A stretch of DNA of 55,490 nucleotides, taken from contig DAHUZG010000142.1 of the NCBI GenBank assembly GCA_027306715.1, positions 1-55,490 on the forward strand. Reading direction: 5' to 3'. The DNA is from Acidimicrobiaceae bacterium (GTDB lineage: Bacteria > Actinomycetota > Acidimicrobiia > Acidimicrobiales > Bog-793). The position numbers and the translations under genes were made by a program. Below the pieces are notes generated by a model. It saw only the letters and a program-made list of their open reading frames with translations. It ran no database searches and had not been told where the DNA came from. Positions 35,725 to 44,368 of the stretch are shown here, piece after piece (position 1 is the stretch's first letter; each line of letters starts with the position of its first letter).

Positions 35725-37275
35725 GTGACGGCTCGTCTCGAGATCCGGCACCTGTCGAAGACCTTCGGGTCGACCCGGGCGCTCTCAGACGTCGAGCTCG
35801 AGGTCGAGCCGGGGGAGATCCACGCCCTCGTCGGCCAGAACGGCTCGGGCAAGTCGACGCTTGTCAAGATCGTCGCCGGCTATCACCTGCCGGACCGGGG
35901 AGCGGAGCTTCGCGTCGACGGGCGCCCGCTCCACTTCCCGGTCCAGCCGCACGACCTGCGAGCCGCCGGGATCGCCGTCGTGCACCAGGACCTCGGGCTC
36001 GTCGATCACCTCTCGGTGGTCGACAACATCGGAGTCGGGCAATATCATCGCACCCGCTTCGGCCGGGTCGACAAGCACCGCGAGCGTGCCGAGGCGGAGC
36101 AGGCGCTGAGCCGCCTGAAGGTCAGCCTCCCGTTGCTCGCCCCGGTGCGGTCCCTCGCCCCAGCCGACCGCTTCCGCGTGGCGATCGCCCGGGCGCTTCG
36201 CAACCTTCACGACGGCGAGGGGCTCGTGATCCTCGACGAGGCGACGCGTGCGCTCTCCAAGGACTCTCTCGCCTCGTTCTACGAGATGCTCCGCCATGCC
36301 GTCGGCGCCGGGTCGAGCGTGCTCGTCGTCGCCCACAGCCTGCCCGAGGTGATGGCGTACTCCGACCGCGTGACGGTGCTGCGCGACGGTCGCCTCGCCG
36401 GCGCCGGACTGTGCACGGGTGACCTCTCCGAGCAGGAGATCGCCCGCCTGATGGTCGGCCGCGATGTCGCCACCGTCGGCCGGCCGTCCGCCCCGCCGGG
36501 ATCCGCGGGGGACGCCGGGATCGTCGTGCGCGGGCTCGATCTCGGTGAGGGCGATGTCGGTGAGATCGCCATCGCCCGCGGCGAGATCGTCGGGGTGGCC
36601 GGCAAGCCCGGCTCGGGCGTCGACGAGCTGCCTTACGCCCTCACCGGGGCCCACCGCCCCGCCGCGGGCACGCTCGTGGTCGACGGCGCCGCCATCGACC
36701 TCGCCAGCACCGACCCCCGCCGGGCGCTGCTCGCCGGAGTCGTGCTCGTCCCCGAGAGGCGCGACGTGCAGGGTCTGGCCCTCGGGCTGCGGGTGGCGGA
36801 GAACGTCACGCTTCCCCGCGTCCATCTGCGTGGACGCCGCCATTTCACCGGCATCGACTGGCAGCGCCGCGAGGCGGCCCAGGTCGTCGAGACTCTCGGG
36901 GTCCGCCCTTCGGACCCGTCGATGGTCGCCGGCAAGCTGAGCGGCGGCAACCAGCAGAAGGTGCTGCTCGGCAAGTGGCTCGTCGGGGGGCCGAAGCTGC
37001 TCGTGCTCCACGAGCCGACCCAGGGCGTCGACGTCGCCGCCCGCCAGGATCTGCTCGCTGCGCTCACCGCCGCAGCAGCAGGAGGGTGCTCGGTGGTCCT
37101 CGCCTCGTCGGACCCGTCGGAGCTGAGCGCGGTCTGCCACCGTGTCATCGTGCTCGTCGACGGGAGGATCGCCGGCGAGCTGCTCGAACCGGACGCCGAC
37201 GCCGTCGTCGACGCCGTCTATGCCGACGAACCGCAGATGCCGGAGCCGGAGCCAAGGAGCGTGGCGACACCGTGA
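35725..37275 (+). CDS. sugar ABC transporter ATP-binding protein (duplicated ATPase, RbsA/MglA-like)
   Basis: GQNGSGKST Walker A in the first half and LSGGNQQKV signature in the second half; 516 aa. Confidence 0.9.
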   Translation: MTARLEIRHLSKTFGSTRALSDVELEVEPGEIHALVGQNGSGKSTLVKIVAGYHLPDRGAELRVDGRPLHFPVQPHDLRAAGIAVVHQDLGLVDHLSVVDNIGVGQYHRTRFGRVDKHRERAEAEQALSRLKVSLPLLAPVRSLAPADRFRVAIARALRNLHDGEGLVILDEATRALSKDSLASFYEMLRHAVGAGSSVLVVAHSLPEVMAYSDRVTVLRDGRLAGAGLCTGDLSEQEIARLMVGRDVATVGRPSAPPGSAGDAGIVVRGLDLGEGDVGEIAIARGEIVGVAGKPGSGVDELPYALTGAHRPAAGTLVVDGAAIDLASTDPRRALLAGVVLVPERRDVQGLALGLRVAENVTLPRVHLRGRRHFTGIDWQRREAAQVVETLGVRPSDPSMVAGKLSGGNQQKVLLGKWLVGGPKLLVLHEPTQGVDVAARQDLLAALTAAAAGGCSVVLASSDPSELSAVCHRVIVLVDGRIAGELLEPDADAVVDAVYADEPQMPEPEPRSVATP

Positions 37276-38354
37276 GCCAGTCGATGCACGAGCTCGGAAG
37301 CGGCGCCGGCGCCACTGCGGCGCCCGACGTGGTCGCCGACAGCCCTCTCGCCGGCAGCCCGTCACCGCCTGTTGAGCCGCCGGCAACCAACCGGGTGCTC
37401 GGCTTCGTCGCCCGCAACGAGATCGCGCACCGCTACGCCGTCATCGGCGTATGGGTGCTGATGCTGCTCGTCTACATCGCCATCGAGCCGAGCAAGATGC
37501 TGCAGGCGGCGACGTTCCAGAGCATCTTCGGCTCGCAGGAGGATCTCGTCTTTCCTGCCCTTGCCGCGGTGGCGACCTTCATCGTCGGGGAGTTCGACCT
37601 CTCGGTCGCCTTCATCATGGGTCTCTGCGCCACCGCTCTGCCGGTGCTCGTGGTTCTGCACGGGGTGAACGTCGTCGCCGCCTGCTTCATCGTCGTCGGC
37701 ATCGGCATCGCCTGCGGGCTCGTGAACGGCTTCTTTGCCGTCGTCGTCGGGGTCAACGGCCTCATCGTCACGCTCGGCTCCGGCAGCCTGATGCTTGGCG
37801 TCTCGCTGCTCATCTCCGACTCGCAGACGGTCTCCGGGCTGAGCGTCAATTTCGGCAAGATCGACCTCTACAGCATCGGCGGGCTGCCGATCTCGTTCTT
37901 CTACGGCATCGTGCTGGCGGCGATCTTTGCCTACATCGTCTCGTTCACCCCCCTCGGCAGGCACATGACCTTCGTCGGCGCCAGCCGCGAGGTGGCCCGC
38001 CTGGCCGGAGTGCGCGTCAACCGGATCCGCTTCTTGTCCTATGTCGCCAGCGGTCTGCTCTGCTCGCTCGGCGGGATCCTGCTCGCCGCCTCTCTCGGCG
38101 GCTTCGACTCCTCTGCCTCGTCGACGTACCTCCTGCCCGCCCTCTCGGCCGTCTTCCTCGGCACCGCTGTCATCCAGCCCGGTCGCTTCAACCCGATCGG
38201 CACGATGGTCGGCATCTACTTCCTCGCCACCGGGATCATGGGTCTCGAGCTGCTCGGCCTGGGAGGCTGGATCGAGGACGCCTTCTACGGGGCGGCGCTC
38301 GTCATCGCCGTCTCCCTCGCCGAGGTCGTCCGGCGGCGGCGGGGAGCCTCGTGA
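37272..38354 (+). CDS. ABC transporter permease (RbsC/AraH-like)
   Basis: GTG at 37272 overlaps the preceding stop (GTGA). It is a polytopic hydrophobic ORF. The ORF-track extension to 36975 is out of frame with the ATPase. Confidence 0.85.
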   Translation: MSQSMHELGSGAGATAAPDVVADSPLAGSPSPPVEPPATNRVLGFVARNEIAHRYAVIGVWVLMLLVYIAIEPSKMLQAATFQSIFGSQEDLVFPALAAVATFIVGEFDLSVAFIMGLCATALPVLVVLHGVNVVAACFIVVGIGIACGLVNGFFAVVVGVNGLIVTLGSGSLMLGVSLLISDSQTVSGLSVNFGKIDLYSIGGLPISFFYGIVLAAIFAYIVSFTPLGRHMTFVGASREVARLAGVRVNRIRFLSYVASGLLCSLGGILLAASLGGFDSSASSTYLLPALSAVFLGTAVIQPGRFNPIGTMVGIYFLATGIMGLELLGLGGWIEDAFYGAALVIAVSLAEVVRRRRGAS

Positions 38355-38394
38355 GCGCGCCGTCCCAAAGCTCCGCCTGCCGGGGGGCACAGCA

Positions 38395-39516
38395 GTGAGC
38401 GCCGTCGGCTCGGCGCTCGTCGTCGGTGGCGGTCCGGCGGGGATGACCGCCGCCATCGCCCTCGCACGCGCCGGCGTCGAGGTCGAGCTCGCCGAGATCG
38501 AGAAGGACTGGCGACCGGCCGGCATCGGCCTTTTGCTGCAGCCGTCGCCGCTGCGGGCGCTGCGCCGGCTGGGGCTCTACGACGAGTGCCGTGCCGTCGG
38601 GTTCGTCCACCCGGTGATCCGCTTCTGCGACGCCGCCGGCGCCCTGCTCTATGCCGCCGAGACGCCCGAGCTCGACGGGGAGCTCCTCCACCCGCTCGGC
38701 ATCGGCCGCCCGGCGCTGCACGCCATCTTGGAGCGGGCGCTGCGCGACGCCGGCGTGTCGGTCCGGCTCGGGACGACCGTCGCCGCTCTAAAGGACGACG
38801 GCGCCGGGATCGACGTCGAGCTCACCGACGGCGGTCGCGGCCGCTACGGGCTCGTCGTCGGCGCCGACGGTGTCCACTCGGCGATCAGGCGGCGAATCTT
38901 CCCGGCCGCTCCGGAGCCGATCCGCGCTGGGCAGAAGATCTGGCGCGCCAAGGCGCCGCGGCCCCCGCGCCTCGACCACTACCCGATCTTCTTCGGTGCC
39001 AGCGGCAAGGTCGGCCTCGTCCCGATCGCCGAGGACCACATCTACCTCTTCGTCCTCCAGCCGGGCGAGGCCGAGACGCCGCGCCCGGCCCAGCCGCTGC
39101 TCGCCGGGCAGCTCGCCGAGCAGCTCACGGGCTACAACGACGTCGTCGACGAGGTCCGCGACAGCTTCGACCCCGACACGGTCGAGTGCCGCTCGCTCGT
39201 CGCTCTCCTCCTCCCGCCTCCGTGGCACCGTGGACGAGTGCTGCTCGTCGGCGACGCCGCCCACGCCACCACCCCGCACCTCGCCTACGGCGTGGGCATC
39301 GCCATCGAGGACGCCCTCGTCCTCGCCGAGCTCGTGGCCGGCGGTGGCCCGGTGCCCGAGCTGCTCGACCATTTCGCCGACCGCCGCTACGAGCGTGCCC
39401 GGCTCATCGTCGAGGGGTCGCTCCAGCTCTCCCGTTGGGAGACCAGCCACGTCCCCGGAGCCGACCCCGGCACGCTGCTCAACACGACCTTCCAGAAGAT
39501 GGCCGAGCCGTTCTGA
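38395..39516 (+). CDS. FAD-dependent monooxygenase (fourth copy in window)
   Basis: GTG at 38395. ALVVGGGPAGMTAA fingerprint, GADGVHSAIRR, and GDAAHATTPHLAYGVGIAIED. Confidence 0.85.
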   Translation: MSAVGSALVVGGGPAGMTAAIALARAGVEVELAEIEKDWRPAGIGLLLQPSPLRALRRLGLYDECRAVGFVHPVIRFCDAAGALLYAAETPELDGELLHPLGIGRPALHAILERALRDAGVSVRLGTTVAALKDDGAGIDVELTDGGRGRYGLVVGADGVHSAIRRRIFPAAPEPIRAGQKIWRAKAPRPPRLDHYPIFFGASGKVGLVPIAEDHIYLFVLQPGEAETPRPAQPLLAGQLAEQLTGYNDVVDEVRDSFDPDTVECRSLVALLLPPPWHRGRVLLVGDAAHATTPHLAYGVGIAIEDALVLAELVAGGGPVPELLDHFADRRYERARLIVEGSLQLSRWETSHVPGADPGTLLNTTFQKMAEPF

Positions 39517-39539
39517 GCGGCTGGCTGGAGCTGGAGCTG

Positions 39540-39908
39540 GACTGATCCCGGAGGAGGTCGGGGCCGATCTCGGCGAGCTACACCCCTGGCGAGGCGCGCG
39601 ACGCCGACGCCATCGAGGCCCTCCGCATCGCCGAGGAGACGGGTGCCGAGCTCGTGCTGCTGCGCCGGCTCGTCGACGACTGCCCGAACGTCGTCGCCAT
39701 CAAGGCCGAAGGCGCAAAGAGTGCCGCCGCCGCCCAGCTGCACGGCGGTACCTTCGTCAATCGCCAGGCGTGGAAGTTCCCGGCGTGGCTGCAGGGCTAC
39801 AACGGCGGCCCGTTGCGCCAGCCGACCCAGCGAGTCCACGACGTCCAGATGCAGATGCTGCGCCAGGGGCTGATCGACTCCGGGCTCGCGCCGTGCCGAC
39901 CGACTTGA
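39540..39908 (+). pseudogene. dihydrodipicolinate-synthase (DapA/NAL) family relic
   Basis: An in-frame stretch DADAIEALRIAEETGAELVLL-RRLVDDCPNVVAIKAEG...GYNGGPLRQPTQRVHDVQMQMLRQGLIDSGL resembles dispersed C-terminal blocks of the family. It has no N-terminal barrel and no catalytic Lys region. Confidence 0.4.
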
Positions 39909-40107
39909 AGACGCTCAGCCCGGCCGGTCGTCGCCAGGTGGAGCCTGATCCGGCGAGCTCGACGAGGGACTCGAGGCGCCGCGGAGGCCACATCCCCGCT
40001 GCCTCGGCGGCGATGATGTCGCCGCACTCGCCGCCGGCGATCGCCTCGACGAGCTCGGGCAAAGACACCGAGCGGCGGACGTCGGCGTCGGAGAGGACGA
40101 GCGTCAT
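39890..40107 (-). pseudogene. ornithine cyclodeaminase/mu-crystallin family relic (N-terminus joined to C-terminal FKSVG block)
   Basis: The ATG at 40107 overlaps the SDR stop (ATGA). MTLVLSDADVRRSVSLPELVEAIAG.. is a typical OCD N-terminus. About 60 codons later ..GLSVFKSVGTA, the family's C-terminal motif, appears. About 250 internal codons are missing. Confidence 0.4.
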
Positions 40108-40991
40108 CCTTCGGGGCGGCACACGCCGGTCGGGGCGACCGCCGGGGAGGCCGGCTGCGCGGCCGCCGAGGATACCGGCGGGGCGGCCGGCGGCGCAGCC
40201 GCGAGCAGCGCGTCCGAGACCGCCTTGGCGCCGGCGTGTGCCCCTTGGCCCCCGTCGACGGGGATCTCGGCGCCCGAGATGAAGCCCGACGCCTCCGAGA
40301 GCAGGAACAGCACGAGCGGGACGACGTCGTCCACCCTGCCGAGGCGTCCGAGCGGGGTGTTGGCGAGGTTGGCGGCGACGAAGGACTCCGGCGCCGAGGC
40401 GGTCATCTCGGTCTCGATGTAACCGGGGTTGACGAGGTTGACACGGATCTGGCGGCGCCCGAGCTCGAGGCTGGCGACCCGGCTCAGGCCGCGCAGAGCC
40501 CACTTGCTCGCCGTGTACGCCGCCGTGTAATGGGCGTTAACTGCCGCCAGAGAGCCGACGTTGACGACCGAGGACCCCGGCGGCATCAACGGCGCCAGCG
40601 CCTGGATGGCGAGCATCGCCCCGGTGACGTTGACGGCGAAGACCCGGTCCCAGGCGGCGCGTGACACCGAGCCGAGCCGGCTGCGGTCGGTGACGCCGGC
40701 GGTGTTGACCAGCCCGTGCACCGGACCGAGTCTCGCTGCGAGCTCGCCGGCGAGCTCGCTCCAGGCGGCCTCGTCGCTCACGTCGAGCGACCGCCGCACG
40801 AGCCGCTCCTCAGCACCGGGCACGCCTGCGGCGAGGGACTCCCCCGGCGTCTCGAGGTCGAGGGCGACGACACGCCCGCCGGCGCGCAGCACCGCAGACG
40901 CCTCCGCCGCCCCCTGGCCGCGCCCGGCGCCGGTGACGACGACGAGCTTGCCCTCGAGCAAGCCGGCCGCAGGCCTCCTGCCGCTCACCAC
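40104..40991 (-). CDS. SDR family oxidoreductase
   Basis: The GTG at 40991 overlaps the SMP-30 stop. TGAGRGQG cofactor motif and YTASK catalytic motif are present. There is a ~45-aa Ala/Pro-rich tail after VDGGQ. Confidence 0.8.
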   Translation of the reverse strand: MVSGRRPAAGLLEGKLVVVTGAGRGQGAAEASAVLRAGGRVVALDLETPGESLAAGVPGAEERLVRRSLDVSDEAAWSELAGELAARLGPVHGLVNTAGVTDRSRLGSVSRAAWDRVFAVNVTGAMLAIQALAPLMPPGSSVVNVGSLAAVNAHYTAAYTASKWALRGLSRVASLELGRRQIRVNLVNPGYIETEMTASAPESFVAANLANTPLGRLGRVDDVVPLVLFLLSEASGFISGAEIPVDGGQGAHAGAKAVSDALLAAAPPAAPPVSSAAAQPASPAVAPTGVCRPEG

Positions 40992-42016
40992 GACCAGTGC
41001 GCCGGCGGGAGGCCCGGCACCGGTGAGCGGAAGGCCGGCAGGCGCGTCCCCATCAGGCTGCCGAGGTAGACCGTACGCAGATCCGGGCCGCCGAAGGTGA
41101 CGCTCGCCATCAGCGGCGCCACCGTGCCGCGGGCGATCCCGAGCAGCTCGGGCGTGACCGTCCCGGCAGAGAAGTGGCGATCGAGCTCTAAAGCCTTGGT
41201 GGCGTCGCCGGCATCGAGCAGGGTGAGAACCTCGCCGTTCGGTGTGAGCGCCACCAGCCGGTCGGCGCTCACGAGGGTGATCCAGAGGTTCCCCGCCTCG
41301 TCGAAGGCGAAGCCGTCCGGGATGCCCCCGAGGTCGGGCGGCCCGTAGAGCTGCCGGTCGACGAGGCTTCCGTCGTCGAGCAGGCGCAATCGGGAGATCC
41401 TGCGGCCGTTCGACTCGACGACGTACATCCACTCCTCGGCGGCGTCGAGGCGGATCTCGGTGGTGCCGGCGAAGCCGTCGGCGGCGAGGCGGATCTCACC
41501 ACCCTCGACGCACGCGATGTAACCGTCGGCGACGCGCTCGTTGATCGAGCGCGTCCACGGCTCGAGCCGCGTCGTCACGGTCAGCCAGATCCGCCGGCGT
41601 GAGTCGACGAGCACGAAGTTGGTGCTGCCGAGGCGCTCGCCGCCGATCTCGGCGGCGAGCAGCGTCGCTACCCCGTCGCGGCGCATCCGTCGCAGCGAGC
41701 CGTCGCCGAAGTCGGCGACGACGAGGTCGCCGCCGGGGAGGAAGGCGAGGCCGTTCGGGAGCGAGCCCCCGAGGATCGACGCCGCGACATCCCCGGGCGG
41801 CCCCGCCGTGGCGGCCTCGACGGCCCCGCCGGCCGGGCGCATGAGGACGAGCTGCTGGCTGCCATCGGAAGCGATCCGTGTCACGCCGCCGCGCGCGTCA
41901 GCGGCCCAGAGCGTGCCGTCGCGCTCGGCGAGCACGCACTCGGGCCGGGCGAGGTCGTGCCCGACGAAGGAGACCTCCGAGGGCTCGATGCGGAACCCGG
42001 CGAGCGGGTTGACCAT
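40985..42016 (-). CDS. SMP-30/gluconolactonase/LRE family protein
   Basis: 343 aa. The beta-propeller-type repeats and the N-terminal block (..ARPECVLAERDGTLWAAD.., ..PNGLAF.., ..PDGFAFDEAGNLWI..) fit the family. Confidence 0.8.
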   Translation of the reverse strand: MVNPLAGFRIEPSEVSFVGHDLARPECVLAERDGTLWAADARGGVTRIASDGSQQLVLMRPAGGAVEAATAGPPGDVAASILGGSLPNGLAFLPGGDLVVADFGDGSLRRMRRDGVATLLAAEIGGERLGSTNFVLVDSRRRIWLTVTTRLEPWTRSINERVADGYIACVEGGEIRLAADGFAGTTEIRLDAAEEWMYVVESNGRRISRLRLLDDGSLVDRQLYGPPDLGGIPDGFAFDEAGNLWITLVSADRLVALTPNGEVLTLLDAGDATKALELDRHFSAGTVTPELLGIARGTVAPLMASVTFGGPDLRTVYLGSLMGTRLPAFRSPVPGLPPAHWSW

Positions 42017-42093
42017 CGACGGAGGTTACCGGGCGCCTCCTCGCCGGCGCCAGCGAGGCGAGGTCGAGGCGGCGTCGCTCTAACATCGCCGCG

Positions 42094-43758
42094 ATGCGAG
42101 TCGCCGTTCTCGCCGACGAGCTGCTGGCAGCGGCGTGCCAGCAGAGCCCTCTCGACGCCTCGCTGCAGGGACTGGCGGGCTTCGACGCCCTCCTCCCTGA
42201 CCTCTCGGTCGACGGCGAGGAACGCCTCGCCGGCCGGTTCGAGCGCATCGCCGAGGCGGCCAGAGCCCTCTCGACGGCGCCGGAGGCCGAGCGCCTCGGC
42301 GAGGTGGACCGCCAGACCGTGGAGCTGGTGGCCCATGCGGCATCGGTGAGCGCCGCCTCGTTGCGCCTCGGGGCGGTCGAGTGGACGGTGACCAACCGCT
42401 TTGTCGCCCCCGCCGGCGAGCTGGTCGTCTCCCTCCCGCAGCTGGCGCTCGGCGACGAGGCGCGCCGGCAGGCCTATCGCATGCGCCTGGCGCAGGGGCC
42501 CGACTACCTGGAGCGGGCGGCCGAGCGACACCGGCGGGGCGCCGGCTCCGGGCGGCTCCCGGTGCGGCGGCTGGTCTACTCCGCCGTCGCCCAGCTCGAG
42601 GGCGTGCTCGCCGACCCGTCGCTCGCCGGCATCGGCCGTGCCGGCGCCGAGGAGATGGCCGCCGGCGTCGTCGCGCCGGCGTTGGCGGCCTACCGCGACG
42701 AGCTCGAGCGGCTGCTCGAGGCGGCGCGCGACGACGATCACCCGGGACTGGTCCACCTGCCGGGCGGCGAGGAGGCCTATGCCACCTGTGTGCGCCGGCA
42801 CACCGGCTTCGAACGGGCGCCGGCGGAGCTGCACGAGCTCGGGATCGAGCTGACCGAGCGACTTGTCGAGGAGTACGCCGAGGTCGGGCGGCGCGCTCTC
42901 GGCACGGGGGAGCGGGGCGCGGTGTTCGAGCGGCTGCGCAGCGATCGGGCCCTGCGCTACGCCTCGGCCGAGGAGATGCTCGCCGAGGCGGTCGCCGCTG
43001 TCCGCCGTGCCGAGGCCGCAGCCCCGGAGTGGTTCCTCACCGTGGCGCCCACGCCGTGCGCCGTCGAGCCCGTTCCGTCAGCCGACGAGGCGGGCTCGTC
43101 TCCGGCCTACTACCTCCCGCCCGCGGTGGACGGCTCGAGGCTCGGCACCTACTTCCTCAACACCTCGCGGCCGACCGAGCGCTCGCGCCATACGGCCGAG
43201 GCGACAGCCTTCCATGAGGCGGTGCCAGGGCACCACTTCCAGCTCTCGATCGCCCAGCGGGCCGAGGGTCTGCCGCTGGCACGCCGCGTCCTGCACGACA
43301 CCGCCGCCGCCGAGGGGTGGGGGCTCTACGCCGAGCGGCTCGCCGACGAGATGGGCCTCTACAGCGACGACGTGAGCCGGCTCGGGATGCTCAGCACGGA
43401 CTCGTGGCGGGCGGGTCGGCTCGTCGTCGACACCGGGCTGCACGCCTTCGGCTGGAGCCGGGCGAAGGCCGTGCAGTGGTTGCGGGACAACACCCCGATC
43501 GCCGAGACCACGATCGAGAGCGAGGTCGATCGCTATATCGCCGGCCCCGGCCAGGCGCTCTCCTACATGGTCGGGCGGATCGAGCTGCAGCGGCTGCGCT
43601 CGACCGCGCAGGCACGGCTCGGCAAGGACTTCGACCTCCGATGGTTCCACGACCTCGTGCTGCAGGCCGGGCCGCTCCCGCTGCCGGTGCTGGCAGCCTC
43701 GGTCTCGCGCGTCCTCGATGCCGCCGAGGCGGCGCCGACCGGCGACCCCCGGACGTAG
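42094..43758 (+). CDS. DUF885 family protein (putative metallopeptidase-like)
   Basis: HEAVPGHHFQ motif and overall DUF885-like layout; 554 aa. Confidence 0.8.
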   Translation: MRVAVLADELLAAACQQSPLDASLQGLAGFDALLPDLSVDGEERLAGRFERIAEAARALSTAPEAERLGEVDRQTVELVAHAASVSAASLRLGAVEWTVTNRFVAPAGELVVSLPQLALGDEARRQAYRMRLAQGPDYLERAAERHRRGAGSGRLPVRRLVYSAVAQLEGVLADPSLAGIGRAGAEEMAAGVVAPALAAYRDELERLLEAARDDDHPGLVHLPGGEEAYATCVRRHTGFERAPAELHELGIELTERLVEEYAEVGRRALGTGERGAVFERLRSDRALRYASAEEMLAEAVAAVRRAEAAAPEWFLTVAPTPCAVEPVPSADEAGSSPAYYLPPAVDGSRLGTYFLNTSRPTERSRHTAEATAFHEAVPGHHFQLSIAQRAEGLPLARRVLHDTAAAEGWGLYAERLADEMGLYSDDVSRLGMLSTDSWRAGRLVVDTGLHAFGWSRAKAVQWLRDNTPIAETTIESEVDRYIAGPGQALSYMVGRIELQRLRSTAQARLGKDFDLRWFHDLVLQAGPLPLPVLAASVSRVLDAAEAAPTGDPRT

Positions 43759-43787
43759 CGTCGGCTGCCCCCGGTGTCCGCGAGCTG

Positions 43788-43851
43788 GTCAGCCGCTCAG
43801 CCGGTCAGCCGCTCAGCTGGTCAGCCGCTCAGCTGGTCAGCCGGTCAGCTG
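43788..43851. repeat. 16-bp tandem repeat x4 (gtcagccgctcagcyg)
   Basis: Read directly, 30 nt after the DUF885 stop. It contains four CAGCTG palindromes. Confidence 0.85.
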
Positions 43852-44260
43852 GTGGCCGGGAAACGGGCCCCGGCGCCGGGGAGCGTTCCGAGGGCCGGTA
43901 GCGGAGCACGCAGGCGCCGATCACGGCGTGCGGGAGGATCGCCAGCCCGCAGACGATGCGCAGTGATGTCGAGCCTGCGACGATGGCCCCGAGCAGGTCC
44001 AGCGCCGCCAGGGCCAAGAAGGACGTCCCGACTGCCTGCTGCAGCCCGGGCAACCGCAGCGTCGCCGCAGCGCCTGCGGGGGCAGCGCCTGCGGGGGCAG
44101 CGCCTGCGGGGGCAGCGCCTGCGGTGGTGCCGGCGACCCGCCCGGCAGGCCGCGCCGCGCCGGGCTGCACGTCCCCACGAGGCGCCGTCCGACCGAGGTC
44201 GACATCGTCGATCGTGCGCCACCGCCGGGCTACCTCGCCGAGCACCTCCCGCAACCCCAA
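43829..44260 (-). CDS. hypothetical small membrane protein with (AGAAP)x3-4 repeat
   Basis: 143-aa ORF (TTG start) with high GC3. There are two predicted TM helices (SFLALAALDLLGAIVAG, LRIVCGLAILPHAVIGACVL). I recognise no family. Confidence 0.35.
   Translation of the reverse strand: MGLREVLGEVARRWRTIDDVDLGRTAPRGDVQPGAARPAGRVAGTTAGAAPAGAAPAGAAPAGAAATLRLPGLQQAVGTSFLALAALDLLGAIVAGSTSLRIVCGLAILPHAVIGACVLRYRPSERSPAPGPVSRPPADRLTS
44067..44126. repeat. 15-bp tandem repeat x4 (gcagcgcctgcgggg)
   Basis: Read directly. It encodes the AGAAP repeats if the minus-strand ORF is real. Confidence 0.85.
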
Positions 44261-44368
44261 GCTGCCCCCTTGCTCCTTCCGCCGCGGACCTTACCTCGCC
44301 GGGAGTCTGGCACCCAAGATCCGCCTCGGCGTGCTCCGCCGGTGTCGCCGAGCTGGTAGGCAGAAGGG

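Noticed and set aside
42081-42096. TAACAT hexamer 7 nt upstream of the DUF885 ATG, suggesting a leaderless transcript.
   Set aside because: It is a single hexamer with no recognisable -35 element, so it cannot be supported without TSS data.
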